Counted from the stretch's first letter, positions 16,977 to 26,876 are shown. The stretch: 59,501 nucleotides of DNA from Candidatus Thorarchaeota archaeon (GCA_048883045.1 JBHLRA010000003.1:1-59501), one strand, 5' to 3'. Notes: a model not told the origin generated them from the letters alone. Numbers and translations: made by a program.

Positions 16977-18556
16977 TATAATTTCTCTTGTGGTTCTGGT
17001 ATTGTATTACTTTGCCTCAATAATCTCTTAAACCATCTATGCATAAATCTTTCATTCTTTTTCTTAAACCATAACCAATGATTATCAATAATAGAAGTCT
17101 CGCATCTATCATTCTCAAATCTCCAACCTCTACCACATGCCTGCTCCAAAGTTATCATAGTCATGTTATTATAATAATCCGGGTTTAATTCTCTTCGGAT
17201 CTTGTCAACTTTGCGCCGAGCATCAGGGAAAAATATTTTTGTAATGATTTGGTATTCGCATTCTCGCCCTGGAAAATCATAACCCGTAGTTATAGAAGGT
17301 GATAGTAAAATATTTGGTGGATTATCTTTATTCGATTTAAAATACTGAATCATTTTTTCTCTATCTTTTGAATCATGAATTATCATTTGATCTGAATATT
17401 CACTTTGAGCATAAATTATTTTACAATTATCATAACTAACAGAATGTATTATTCCATTTCTATCTAATCTATTACCTATTATATTATCAATTCTACTTAA
17501 CCAAATTCTATAATCTTGTTCCTTCATTCTATATTTGCCGTAAACTCTCACTGTAGGTATAAAAGTTATAGGATGATTCTTTGCCGGAAAATAGCTATCA
17601 AATTCATAATAAGTAATATCTTCTTTATCTGGCCCAAGATATTCAACCATCCCAGAATTAATTGTAGCTGAAGTTAATAAAATCTGGCTAATATCTTTGA
17701 ATAACATTTCCTCTGCAAAATCCAAAGGTTGTATAGGATCAAATGTCAAAGCTTTGCCTGTGTGTTCTACAACCCACTGTGTCGGATCGGCATCGATAAT
17801 TATATTTGCAAATCTTTGGGCAAAATCACATATTGCCTGAAATCTTTTATCATTTATTTTCTCTCTAAGAATATGTTTGTCTTTTGATATCTGTTCTACA
17901 TAAGCAATTGTTTGTTTACTTATATCTTTTATCCAGGACCAATAATGCTCGTCACCAAGATTATTATCTGGCAAATCAATTTTAAGTATATTTTCACATG
18001 TCCATTGGGTCAATGTTAAACTTAAAGCATCCAACATTTTTGAGGTAGTGTCATGTGCTTCATCACATACCAAGAAATCAATAGGCCCGATAGCTTCAAA
18101 TAATCTCCGATGTTTAAACCAAAAAGCATAATTTGTTATTATTATATTTGAATTCCGCGCCTTAGCTAAATTATCATAATAAGGACACCCAGACTTTTTA
18201 TAGCTACATGCTAGCCCAAATCTACAAGGACCATATTCGCAAGATATCGGGAATAACTGACATTTATATTCATTTTTGCCCATAACTATAGTTGCGCCAG
18301 GTTCCTGGCCAAAATCTCTATATAGTTGGTGTTGTAATCCTTTTGTCGATGTTAATATAGCTGTACGTTTTCCGGATAGAATTGCCGCAGTAATATAATC
18401 AAGAGATTTTCCCCCACCTGTAGGTTTATTTGAGATAGTGAAACGTGTCTCAGGTTGAGATATTAATAATATTGCACGTTCTTGATCCTGCCGCCAGGAG
18501 GTAAATTTAACGGGCAGGCCGAATGCTTCTGGTGGTGGTAGTTGATATTGATTCAT
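16976..18556 (-). CDS. Superfamily-2 DEAH helicase of the Rad3/XPD/DinG type with Fe-S cluster cysteines
   Basis: 526 aa. Walker A KPTGGGKS. DEAH box VCDEAHD. Cys cluster CQLFPISCEYGPCRFGLACSYKKSGC between motifs I and II. Confidence 0.8.
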   Translation of the reverse strand: MNQYQLPPPEAFGLPVKFTSWRQDQERAILLISQPETRFTISNKPTGGGKSLDYITAAILSGKRTAILTSTKGLQHQLYRDFGQEPGATIVMGKNEYKCQLFPISCEYGPCRFGLACSYKKSGCPYYDNLAKARNSNIIITNYAFWFKHRRLFEAIGPIDFLVCDEAHDTTSKMLDALSLTLTQWTCENILKIDLPDNNLGDEHYWSWIKDISKQTIAYVEQISKDKHILREKINDKRFQAICDFAQRFANIIIDADPTQWVVEHTGKALTFDPIQPLDFAEEMLFKDISQILLTSATINSGMVEYLGPDKEDITYYEFDSYFPAKNHPITFIPTVRVYGKYRMKEQDYRIWLSRIDNIIGNRLDRNGIIHSVSYDNCKIIYAQSEYSDQMIIHDSKDREKMIQYFKSNKDNPPNILLSPSITTGYDFPGRECEYQIITKIFFPDARRKVDKIRRELNPDYYNNMTMITLEQACGRGWRFENDRCETSIIDNHWLWFKKKNERFMHRWFKRLLRQSNTIPEPQEKL

Positions 18557-19110
18557 ATATTACCCCATTGTACAGCCATTGCTTCAGCTATGCCCTTATA
18601 TGTTCTACTTCTATTTTTCCATCTATCCTTATTTGGTGACATTTTGAATACTTTTTGCTCACGCCCACTTACAACATTTGTCGGTTTTAACTTTGGTAAA
18701 TTCTTTAACCAAAGACAAGTAGCTTTAGTTTCACCATGCCCAAACATCCATGGCTGGATTATTTGATCTGGTTTTCTGTATTTTGTGCTCATAACCCCTA
18801 TTGGATTTTCAATTGCTATTTTTGATATTGGAGCATGTACTAATTTCATAAAGAAATTGATCGCTTCTTTTTGCTCTGTTTGCTTATATTTGAACCAACG
18901 GCCCCCACTTCTGGCCAGATGTGTGCAGGGGGGAAAAGCAATTAACATATCCCAGCTATCATTTAACCACCATCCTACATTACCTTCTAAATGATAACCC
19001 TTTTCTGCACTTTCTGTGGGTAGTAAATCACAACTCCAAGCATCGTGTTTTTTTAAACGGAATGCATCGCGTACTATACCAGAAAATTCGCAAGCAACCA
19101 ATATTCGCAT
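18553..19110 (-). CDS. Short DNA (cytosine-5) methyltransferase-like protein
   Basis: 185 aa. N-terminal MRILVACEFSG (motif I-like) and FPPCTHLARSG (PC motif IV-like). Too short for a canonical C5-MTase. Confidence 0.4.
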   Translation of the reverse strand: MRILVACEFSGIVRDAFRLKKHDAWSCDLLPTESAEKGYHLEGNVGWWLNDSWDMLIAFPPCTHLARSGGRWFKYKQTEQKEAINFFMKLVHAPISKIAIENPIGVMSTKYRKPDQIIQPWMFGHGETKATCLWLKNLPKLKPTNVVSGREQKVFKMSPNKDRWKNRSRTYKGIAEAMAVQWGNI

Positions 19111-19115
19111 ATTAT

Positions 19116-19625
19116 TTATCCCACAAATTTAAGATTAACATCTAACATCCCATACCCCAAATTATTCACTACTTTTTCAATCACATTCGGATCTAACACT
19201 AATACCTCTTTCTCTTGCACCCCCCACTTTTCCGCACTTTCTCTATCTTTCATCCAGATGTCTAATTGTCCTCTTTTTCTCTTATGCATCCGATCATCAA
19301 TCACAAATTCATTACCATCAATATATACCTTACACCCCCTCCCCAACCCTAATTCTTCTAGATCCCTACTAACTGCTACCATACCATCATATACAGGATT
19401 ATTCCAAGCCGCAATATGTGGTGTATCATCTGTCTGACATACTTCAGAATTATAAGCTGTAACTTTTGACTTGATACACAACACAGGAATCTCTGTCTGT
19501 TGTGATAACTTACCTGATATCTCATAGATTATCAATGTCTTTGGTGGTGTATAATTCTTATACATCATACAGCACAAAGTTATTACAACAATTATAACAC
19601 ATAAAAATAAACAAAATCGTAACAT
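19116..19625 (-). CDS. 3D-domain (MltA/RlpA-like) cell-wall hydrolase with N-terminal membrane anchor; candidate lysis enzyme
   Basis: 169 aa. N-terminal TM segment. VTAYNSEVCQTDDTPHIAA...VAVSRD...IDDRMHKRKRGQLDIWM resembles the 3D domain. Confidence 0.55.
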   Translation of the reverse strand: MLRFCLFLCVIIVVITLCCMMYKNYTPPKTLIIYEISGKLSQQTEIPVLCIKSKVTAYNSEVCQTDDTPHIAAWNNPVYDGMVAVSRDLEELGLGRGCKVYIDGNEFVIDDRMHKRKRGQLDIWMKDRESAEKWGVQEKEVLVLDPNVIEKVVNNLGYGMLDVNLKFVG

Positions 19626-19628
19626 AAT

Positions 19629-20171
19629 TTATTTCTTTTCTTTATATAATAATTCAATATCATCAATAGAATCTAATAATTCTTTATATTCATTCAATAT
19701 TCTTTGTTCATAATGATTTCTCCAGTCCTCATCTTTTAATTCTCTTGCAATTCTTAGTATATCTAAAACATGCCGTGCTGCTCTTCTTGGTAACTTCTTA
19801 CTCTTACAATAAGCAACTCTTTTCCCAAGTTCAATCATAACATCATTAAACCCGGTTAACATTGTCTCTTCTATCATAAGATTTCTCATGCTCTCTATGC
19901 GCTTTAAATCCGATGTGGGTAGCTGTTTATCCGGGATAGTATCTATCCAAGTAAACAACATATATAAAGCATGTCTTACAATCTGTCCCCGGTTTATATA
20001 TGGATATTTTTTAAACTTAACCATGCGGTCCATTTGGGCTATCCAAGTTTTTGGCAAAGGTGTTTTTTCTGTGACATTATGGCCTTTGTCATCATCTGCA
20101 CCTGGGATAATCCACTCATTTGCATAGTCAAGGATTAATTCACGATATACATGTTTACCATTATCTGACAA
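19629..20171 (-). CDS. Hypothetical protein (TTG start)
   Basis: 180-aa ORF. TTG start preceded by AAGGGGG. Confidence 0.45.
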   Translation of the reverse strand: MSDNGKHVYRELILDYANEWIIPGADDDKGHNVTEKTPLPKTWIAQMDRMVKFKKYPYINRGQIVRHALYMLFTWIDTIPDKQLPTSDLKRIESMRNLMIEETMLTGFNDVMIELGKRVAYCKSKKLPRRAARHVLDILRIARELKDEDWRNHYEQRILNEYKELLDSIDDIELLYKEKK

Positions 20172-20184
20172 TCAAAATACCCCC

Positions 20185-20421
20185 TTATAATCTCCAAATT
20201 AAAAGACTTACAGAAGATACCAAACCACCAAAAAATCCACCAATAGCTGAATATGTTTTGCTCCAAAAAGAATGGCTTTTGAGTTTCTTGTCTATCTCAT
20301 CAAGTCTTTCAAGTATTTTTTCGTCTTGTTTACACATTTTATAAGTTCTATCATATAATACGCCAAGTTTAGACTTATCATCCATACAATCAAATGTTTC
20401 GCGGCTTACTTCACCGTTCAT
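20185..20421 (-). CDS. Small protein with C-terminal TM segment (holin-like topology, unproven)
   Basis: 78 aa. C-terminal YSAIGGFFGGLVSSVSLLIW. Confidence 0.4.
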   Translation of the reverse strand: MNGEVSRETFDCMDDKSKLGVLYDRTYKMCKQDEKILERLDEIDKKLKSHSFWSKTYSAIGGFFGGLVSSVSLLIWRL

Positions 20422-20987
20422 ATTTCCTTCAACTCCTTTAATAATTCTTTTTTTAGGGCCAATCTTTGCTTATTGCTATTGCCAAATTTAAGTTTATTAA
20501 TAGCTTTTTTTAATTTTAAACTAATACAAGCACGTGTGCAATGCATAATTTCTGCTATATCTTTTAATGATCTTGATTTACCATCAAAACCATAATATAA
20601 TTTTATGAGATTTATTTCAGCATAAGTTAAACATTGGCTCATTAATTTATTAAGTAAATCAAAAATTTTATCTAATTGTGATTCATCTTTTATTTTTTCT
20701 GGTATATATAAATCAAGTAATATATTATTATCAATATGTGTTTTTCTATATTCATCTACTATAGCCCATTTTAGATTATTACGTATATGAGCTGCAACAT
20801 AAGCTCGGAAATCTGGATCATTATCTATATTTATTTTTTTCTTATATGTACTGATAGCTTTGAGTATAGCCAAAAAACCTATTTGGAATAGTTCTTCTTG
20901 GTCATATTCTTTAAAATCATCATATAATATTTTATATAGGATTTTAGTATATGCCATTGCTATTTCATTACGTTCTTCTATCGTCAT
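20418..20987 (-). CDS. Sigma-70 family-like transcription factor
   Basis: 189 aa. Region-2-like LFQIGFLAILKAISTY. Region-4-like HTH SRSLKDIAEIMHCTRACISLKLKKAINKLK. Confidence 0.6.
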   Translation of the reverse strand: MTIEERNEIAMAYTKILYKILYDDFKEYDQEELFQIGFLAILKAISTYKKKINIDNDPDFRAYVAAHIRNNLKWAIVDEYRKTHIDNNILLDLYIPEKIKDESQLDKIFDLLNKLMSQCLTYAEINLIKLYYGFDGKSRSLKDIAEIMHCTRACISLKLKKAINKLKFGNSNKQRLALKKELLKELKEI

Positions 20988-20989
20988 AA

Positions 20990-21175
20990 TTATCTTTTAA
21001 AAATTTCTTCTATTTCTTTATTTATTAGAAAATTACTTAAACATTCTTTTGAACATATTGGGGGTTCAATGGGCAAACCTTGACAACTACAATCTCGTCC
21101 TGAGCAACAAAATCTAGGTATATAATTATCAACTGGCTTATCACAAATTATACAATAATATTTCATTACGTTCAT
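20990..21175 (-). CDS. Small Cys-rich protein (zinc-ribbon-like)
   Basis: 61 aa with 10 Cys (YCIICDK...FCCSGRDCSCQG...ICSKEC). Confidence 0.45.
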   Translation of the reverse strand: MNVMKYYCIICDKPVDNYIPRFCCSGRDCSCQGLPIEPPICSKECLSNFLINKEIEEIFKR

Positions 21176-21186
21176 CTATTGTCACT

Positions 21187-21339
21187 TTATCTGCCCTTCA
21201 AAACATTTTGTAGATAATTTAATTCTAATTTACTTAATTCTCTATGATAAGTCAGACAATACAAACAATCTTTGCAAAATAATAATCTAATATTTTCTAT
21301 AGTAACTTCTATACAATTAGTATGTCTACATTTATCCAT
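21187..21339 (-). CDS. Small Cys-rich protein (not in ORF track)
   Basis: 50-aa ORF MDKCRHTNCIEV...FCKDCLYCLTYH.... Its ATG overlaps the upstream stop as TAATG. Confidence 0.4.
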   Translation of the reverse strand: MDKCRHTNCIEVTIENIRLLFCKDCLYCLTYHRELSKLELNYLQNVLKGR

Positions 21340-22556
21340 TATATTAATCCCGGTAATATTTTGTCATACCAATCTTCTATTGACAGTTTTTGTTCAGCTA
21401 CTATTTTGAGTCTATGCGCTATACATTCTTTATTTGTTTTTATATCATCCAACATTCCTTTTAATACTTCCCATTTATCACCCACTTCTGCACGATATTT
21501 TATATATTTCTCTGCTATTTCTGGACCACCAAACATATAAGTAGCAAGTATTCTATTTCTTGCCATGTCGTCATAATACCAATTATAACCCCGGGAAATA
21601 TATTTATTGGCATAATGATAGCATGGTTCTCCAGGATAAATCCATTTATTTTTCCCAAGAATAGCTAAAGTAAAATTTATGAAATGCTCACCTCCACCAT
21701 AGACACCTAATTCTTTGGGCCAACCTCCCAATAAGTCGTACAATCCCCTCTCCATAAACATGAAGCAGGTTGACATGCATGGCACTTTATATGGTTGACT
21801 AAAGCTTTTTCTGTATTTTGTAAATGAGTAGTGATATTCTCCAGCATCTCTGGCGTTAATTTCATTCCAGGGAAGGACACAGTTTTTCCGTCGGTTGTAA
21901 TCTTGCACGTCTTTTTCATTCATGCCTCCTTTGAATTTATATATTAATTCCCCACCTTGCCGTTCGCACATATAAGCTATTGGGATATGTAAAGTGCCAT
22001 TGAGTCTTTTATAACTATCAGCGTAATAAAAGAAAGCTTTTCGGATACTACTTTGACTAGGGATTATATGTGCATCACAAAAGAAAAGAATATCACCTGT
22101 GGAAGCTGCAACACCTGCATTTTTGGCTTGCCAGTGAGAAAGTTTTTTATCATAAGTTATATATTTTAGCCATGGCCTACAACCCCCTGCAAGCTCTTTC
22201 ATGCGGGGTGTGCCTGGATCTTGTGTACGATGAATATCATAGCCTTTATCTAATAAATCTTTAATATTAACCAATGCCTCTTTATATGGAACCTGTAATT
22301 CAGGATATAGAGATAATGCATTTTGCACACGTTGTCCAAAATTATTGATAAAATCTTCAATTAGAATTGCATTCGGATATTTTTCCCCCCGTTTTACTGT
22401 TTGTTGTGCTGCTTCTTCACACCAGTTATCAATAAGTATAATTTCAAAATCATGCCCAACATGTACAACTGATCTAAGCTCATTCCACAAAGCTTGTACT
22501 GTGAATTCAATTTGAGGATATTCTATGCAATATGGGATTATGACAGAGAGTTTCAT
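21339..22556 (-). CDS. GT-A fold (family 2-like) glycosyltransferase with DxH motif
   Basis: 405 aa. N-terminal KLSVIIPYC...EIILIDNWC. LFFCDAH (DxH). Confidence 0.7.
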   Translation of the reverse strand: MKLSVIIPYCIEYPQIEFTVQALWNELRSVVHVGHDFEIILIDNWCEEAAQQTVKRGEKYPNAILIEDFINNFGQRVQNALSLYPELQVPYKEALVNIKDLLDKGYDIHRTQDPGTPRMKELAGGCRPWLKYITYDKKLSHWQAKNAGVAASTGDILFFCDAHIIPSQSSIRKAFFYYADSYKRLNGTLHIPIAYMCERQGGELIYKFKGGMNEKDVQDYNRRKNCVLPWNEINARDAGEYHYSFTKYRKSFSQPYKVPCMSTCFMFMERGLYDLLGGWPKELGVYGGGEHFINFTLAILGKNKWIYPGEPCYHYANKYISRGYNWYYDDMARNRILATYMFGGPEIAEKYIKYRAEVGDKWEVLKGMLDDIKTNKECIAHRLKIVAEQKLSIEDWYDKILPGLI

Positions 22557-22684
22557 AAAAGCTCCTTAATCTGGGCTATCTGCACCTCTAGGCTTACAAT
22601 CTTGTGTATACACACCCCAGCCACTACACACCCAAGAATTAACAGAAAATAGATAAACATATTTATCATAATAAGGATATTTCA

Positions 22685-23458
22685 TTATTTATTCCCTTTC
22701 ACTTTTATATATTCTGTAAACCAAGCCTTACTTCCCTTTTTCCTGTATCCGTTTTTAATCATCCATGGCCGGCCAATATCTCTCACTATAGGACCTTTAC
22801 CTCTCATACCCCATACACCATATCTATTAAGGTCTTGAAATAAATGTTTAAATTTTTGGTTTTTGCCTTTGATTTGTTTCTCTGGATTACGATTAGGATT
22901 AAGCTGGGGTGCAATTTCATTAATAAAAGATTGTCTAATAAGAGATGGATGGCCAGTAAAACCCAATAAGCCTCGTTCATTTGGTGGTATTTCATAAAAT
23001 ATACCATTCCAGGGTATATATTTATTCCAATTTTTTGTCCAATAAGTACCCCCCTTGAAAGCATTAAGGCGTAATATTTGCAAAGTTGGGAATTTTTGCA
23101 TAATTCTAATAAGATTGAGCAAATCTACAGATTGTAATAATTCCCAATCATCCTCAAGATGGAAAGTGAAATCAGCAGGAGTAGCATTACAACACCATGT
23201 ACGCCAAAAAGCTTTTCCAAAATGTGCTTTAATCGGTTCATGAATACCTATATCACTTTTTGGAAACATTTTTCTAAATATATATCTGGTTTCTTCTTTT
23301 GTGCCCTCTCCAATTGGATCTAAATTAATATATATACCAATTTTTAATCTTGGATCTTTTTCCATTGCTGGATAAAACATCTTCTCACAAAAGCTTTTTA
23401 ATACTCTTTCATGTAATTCTGGCCGTCGTATTGCTGTCATTGTTATATTAATGATCAT
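22685..23458 (-). CDS. Putative GT-A-like glycosyltransferase
   Basis: 257 aa. HLEDDWELL acidic motif. Located inside the glycosyltransferase cluster. The call is weak. Confidence 0.35.
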   Translation of the reverse strand: MIINITMTAIRRPELHERVLKSFCEKMFYPAMEKDPRLKIGIYINLDPIGEGTKEETRYIFRKMFPKSDIGIHEPIKAHFGKAFWRTWCCNATPADFTFHLEDDWELLQSVDLLNLIRIMQKFPTLQILRLNAFKGGTYWTKNWNKYIPWNGIFYEIPPNERGLLGFTGHPSLIRQSFINEIAPQLNPNRNPEKQIKGKNQKFKHLFQDLNRYGVWGMRGKGPIVRDIGRPWMIKNGYRKKGSKAWFTEYIKVKGNK

Positions 23459-23637
23459 AATATTTCCCTTAATTTTGATTCAGATGTTGTTAAAAATGAA
23501 TATAATAATTTATTTTCATGCCATAATTCTACTACCATATCAGATAATCTATTATCAATTATTCGTATATTAAATTCATTCTTTTTTAAGTTTATATTTT
23601 TTATATACGAGTTATGACATTTTAATTTTATTTCCAC
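23455..23637 (-). CDS. Hypothetical small protein (GTG start)
   Basis: 60-aa ORF. The start codon is GTG. Confidence 0.35.
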   Translation of the reverse strand: MEIKLKCHNSYIKNINLKKNEFNIRIIDNRLSDMVVELWHENKLLYSFLTTSESKLREIL

Positions 23638-24278
23638 TTTTCTAACCTTTCAAAATACATAAGATTTTGATAATATGCTTTGATGCCTTTTTTATTTCGC
23701 CATTTTTGCCATTTAAATTGTAATAAAGTTTCTACAGGTCTTATTTGTTGTAAAGTATTATCTACATATTCATCGATCAAAATGTCTGGTCTTATATAAT
23801 TTTTATCTTTAAATTTTTGTTCCCAATATTCTTTTGGTTGACAATTATGATGATGTATTCCACCTTGTCCCGGACCTGCTGCTGAAAATAAAATCCTATC
23901 TGATAATGAATATAAATTATCTAAGAAAATATTTGTGTATTCTGGCTCTATGTGTTCAGCAACTTCAAAGCAAATAGCAAGATCAAATTTTCTGAAAGTA
24001 AACGGATGTTCTATTTTATCTTTTCGTAAATCATATATCCAAATCCTATCAAAATTTTCTACATCAGATAATGCATTAACCGTGCCCTCAATACCAAATG
24101 TTTGTATATTTCTATTAATAAATCCTTTAACAAGATCCCCATTACCACAGCCTATATCAATTACACTTTTAGGTTTTAAAACATCAATTATAGCATCACA
24201 AACAATAGGTATCCGCCAAGCTAAAGATTTACGCCTAGTAAAGAATTTTTTTGAATAAGCTTTGTCTAGATTATACAT
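23628..24278 (-). CDS. Class I SAM-dependent methyltransferase
   Basis: VIDIGCGNGDL (motif I) and CFEVAEHIEP. The track start at 24296 is GTG. ATG 24278 overlaps the stop of micro-ORF 24278..24340 as TAATG. Confidence 0.7.
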   Translation of the reverse strand: MYNLDKAYSKKFFTRRKSLAWRIPIVCDAIIDVLKPKSVIDIGCGNGDLVKGFINRNIQTFGIEGTVNALSDVENFDRIWIYDLRKDKIEHPFTFRKFDLAICFEVAEHIEPEYTNIFLDNLYSLSDRILFSAAGPGQGGIHHHNCQPKEYWEQKFKDKNYIRPDILIDEYVDNTLQQIRPVETLLQFKWQKWRNKKGIKAYYQNLMYFERLEKWK

Positions 24279-24340
24279 TATGCTATTAAGCTCCACATAA
24301 ATAATATACCTAATATAAACCCAAATATAAAAAGCATCAT
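24278..24340 (-). CDS. Hydrophobic micro-ORF (20 aa)
   Basis: MMLFIFGFILGILFMWSLIA. ATGA overlap with the upstream GT stop and TAATG overlap with the downstream ATG. Confidence 0.3.
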   Translation of the reverse strand: MMLFIFGFILGILFMWSLIA

Positions 24341-25509
24341 TTTAATTTCCCCAAATTTTCCAATACTGTTTTAAAATCACCAGATTGAACATTCTTTATA
24401 GCATTAATCAAACTTGCCATTCTTGGCAATGCAACCTCCCACAAACCATTTACAGAATGATACCATTTGACTAATTCTGATCTATATATATTAAAAGACA
24501 TCCAATTTGTCGGTATCTTTGCCCAAGCCCTCTCAATTGCCTTTTCCCAATCCAGAATATAATGACTATTACATATAGTTACAAATTCATTTTCCTGCAT
24601 CCATGGACTATATCTTTTAGGATCTTTTATCATTATAGGAATACCACATGATAAAGCTTCTAATACACTTCGGTCATTTTGCCCCCCAGGGCCAGCATGA
24701 ATTAGAAGCTTGGAGTTGTTCATAAGTTTAGCAAGACAAGATCTTTTTTGCGCCCCAGGTTTATATAACCAGATCGGCCAGGATTTATTTATTAGATCAT
24801 TTGTTTTGGCCCGGATCATTCCTCCTGGCATTATGTAATGAAGATCTTTGAATTTTTTGTCTTTTGCGGCTAAGGCATTGCAAGCTTGAAGTGCCAAGAA
24901 TTGACCTTTTTTGGTATGAATGTGGGAGGCACCCAACATAATGTCATATTTGTGTTGCGCGGGTATTATTGGCTTGAAGATATATTCATTTACAGGTTTG
25001 CGATAAGGAAAAACTAATCTTTCTTTTTTATTTTTTATATTAAAATAAAAATCTGTCCAGGTATCTTTTTCTTCAGGAATTAAATCATTTAATATAATAT
25101 CCCAATATGGCCAATGACCATGATTTGTATTTGCACGGTAATATAACTTCCAATATTCCTTTTTATCTAATTTATTCAAAAATGGAAGCCATGATCTAAA
25201 TCCACCTCTAAAAAATAATACATCTCTTTTTGTGGCTACATTATTAAAGCATTCTATTGTTGGAACGCAATATATTGTACTCGTCGTCGTAGGCCTTAAA
25301 GTTCCATTTCCCCTTTTTGAATCTATAATATGATATACATGATCAACAGTACCAGTTACAGCTAATAAATCCAACAATGCAAATACACCATCGGATTGAA
25401 GATTAATAGCAAATTTATTGGTTGCAGGCTGTTCTAATTCAGATAAAGAAATAGAGCGGTTGCAGGGTTGATCACTCACATAGAAAAAGATTAGATTCAT
25501 TATATCCAT
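24337..25509 (-). CDS. GT-B fold glycosyltransferase-like protein
   Basis: 390 aa. C-terminal HAGPGGQNDRSVLEALSCGIPIM resembles the GT-B nucleotide-sugar-binding segment. An alternative in-frame ATG at 25500 overlaps the upstream stop. Confidence 0.5.
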   Translation of the reverse strand: MDIMNLIFFYVSDQPCNRSISLSELEQPATNKFAINLQSDGVFALLDLLAVTGTVDHVYHIIDSKRGNGTLRPTTTSTIYCVPTIECFNNVATKRDVLFFRGGFRSWLPFLNKLDKKEYWKLYYRANTNHGHWPYWDIILNDLIPEEKDTWTDFYFNIKNKKERLVFPYRKPVNEYIFKPIIPAQHKYDIMLGASHIHTKKGQFLALQACNALAAKDKKFKDLHYIMPGGMIRAKTNDLINKSWPIWLYKPGAQKRSCLAKLMNNSKLLIHAGPGGQNDRSVLEALSCGIPIMIKDPKRYSPWMQENEFVTICNSHYILDWEKAIERAWAKIPTNWMSFNIYRSELVKWYHSVNGLWEVALPRMASLINAIKNVQSGDFKTVLENLGKLK

Positions 25510-26876
25510 CCTCTACTCGCAGCCATTATTGGAGCATAGTAATACTTATACAATGCATCTAAATTATAACTTTTTATGAAGTGATTTTTTGATCTCAAAG
25601 CTTTGTTCAAATCAAATTCATGTAAAATAACCTTAGCTATTTCTTTCAAATAAGCTGGCAAATCAGGAGCATTAAAAGTCACTTCATGGCTTCCCATGGC
25701 AAAGAATAAAGCATTAAAATCTGTTATTTCTTTCATAACATCAAGAGATTTATTGAGGACCAATAAATTACCAAATAAAGCAGCTTCCGCAATTGCAAGC
25801 CCAAATGTCTCTTCTTTTGTGAGACTAATATAAATATTTGTATAGTGGAGCAGATCAAATATTAAATCATGACTTATTCCAACCTCACATTTACCTTTAT
25901 CAAAATCACTTGTAAAGAATAAATCTTTATTTGGTATAAGTCCCAGATCAATAGCTGCTTTTTTATAGCGGTCAACTTTATCACGATATTTATCAACATT
26001 ACACCATTGATTCGCAATTATCAAACAAACTTCCCGCCCTAAGCGTTTCATCTCTGCAAAGATATGGATATTTTCTAAAACTCTTTTGGACTCAAATCTA
26101 TCTACTGCAGCCATATATAATTGCTTGATATCTGCTGTCAATAGCCCTGGACACCAATCCAAAAACTTTAATGTTTGATCTGAATTTAACTGCCCAAATG
26201 TCCGGAAATCTTTAGGGTGGGGTATTACCAGTACATCTTTTTTCCATCCTTTGAATTGTTCCGCGCAACGTAAAGAATCCGACTCGTTCGGATATACAAG
26301 TTTATGCTGGCCCCCATATAAAGCAATATTCCAATAGTCGCGACCATTTGGGCCAACATTGGGAACACTATGAATCCAGTGCATAAAACGGGTATCAGGT
26401 AACTCTTTTGAAGCTTCAGCACAGGCTAGGCCGTATGGTAGATTCCAGCCCTGAAAAATCCAGTCATGAGTAAAAGCCAACTTGATCTCAAGTCGTCTAA
26501 ATTCTTTCCGAAGCATTTGGGCAGTATTATTTTTTAATAATAATAATTCTGGTATCTTTTTTGCTTCTGTGGGGTCTGCTGGGATAGTTACTGTTTGACC
26601 ATTGTTTGTTTTGAAACTAAAACCTTCTTTAAGTTTCCGGGCATAGTCTAAACTGAATTGCTGTAACGATTGAAAATCGAATAAATGCCCCTTGGGAACT
26701 TTCTTTTCAAGAATCACACCTTCAGGTAATGGTTCTGTATCTTCGTATGTTTCTAACACATATAGATGGACCTCATGCCCGTTTTTTATCAGCATTGTTG
26801 CTTGGTCTTTTGCAATACCTACCAGGGAATAACCGCGTCTAAAATCACCGAAGTTTGTTAAGATAGCGACTTTCAA
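25500..26876 (-). CDS. GT4-like (GT-B) glycosyltransferase
   Basis: 458 aa. N-terminal (TTG)KVAILTNFG...GHEVHLYV. EETFGLAIAEAALFG (E-x7-E motif). Confidence 0.75.
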   Translation of the reverse strand: MKVAILTNFGDFRRGYSLVGIAKDQATMLIKNGHEVHLYVLETYEDTEPLPEGVILEKKVPKGHLFDFQSLQQFSLDYARKLKEGFSFKTNNGQTVTIPADPTEAKKIPELLLLKNNTAQMLRKEFRRLEIKLAFTHDWIFQGWNLPYGLACAEASKELPDTRFMHWIHSVPNVGPNGRDYWNIALYGGQHKLVYPNESDSLRCAEQFKGWKKDVLVIPHPKDFRTFGQLNSDQTLKFLDWCPGLLTADIKQLYMAAVDRFESKRVLENIHIFAEMKRLGREVCLIIANQWCNVDKYRDKVDRYKKAAIDLGLIPNKDLFFTSDFDKGKCEVGISHDLIFDLLHYTNIYISLTKEETFGLAIAEAALFGNLLVLNKSLDVMKEITDFNALFFAMGSHEVTFNAPDLPAYLKEIAKVILHEFDLNKALRSKNHFIKSYNLDALYKYYYAPIMAASRGWI

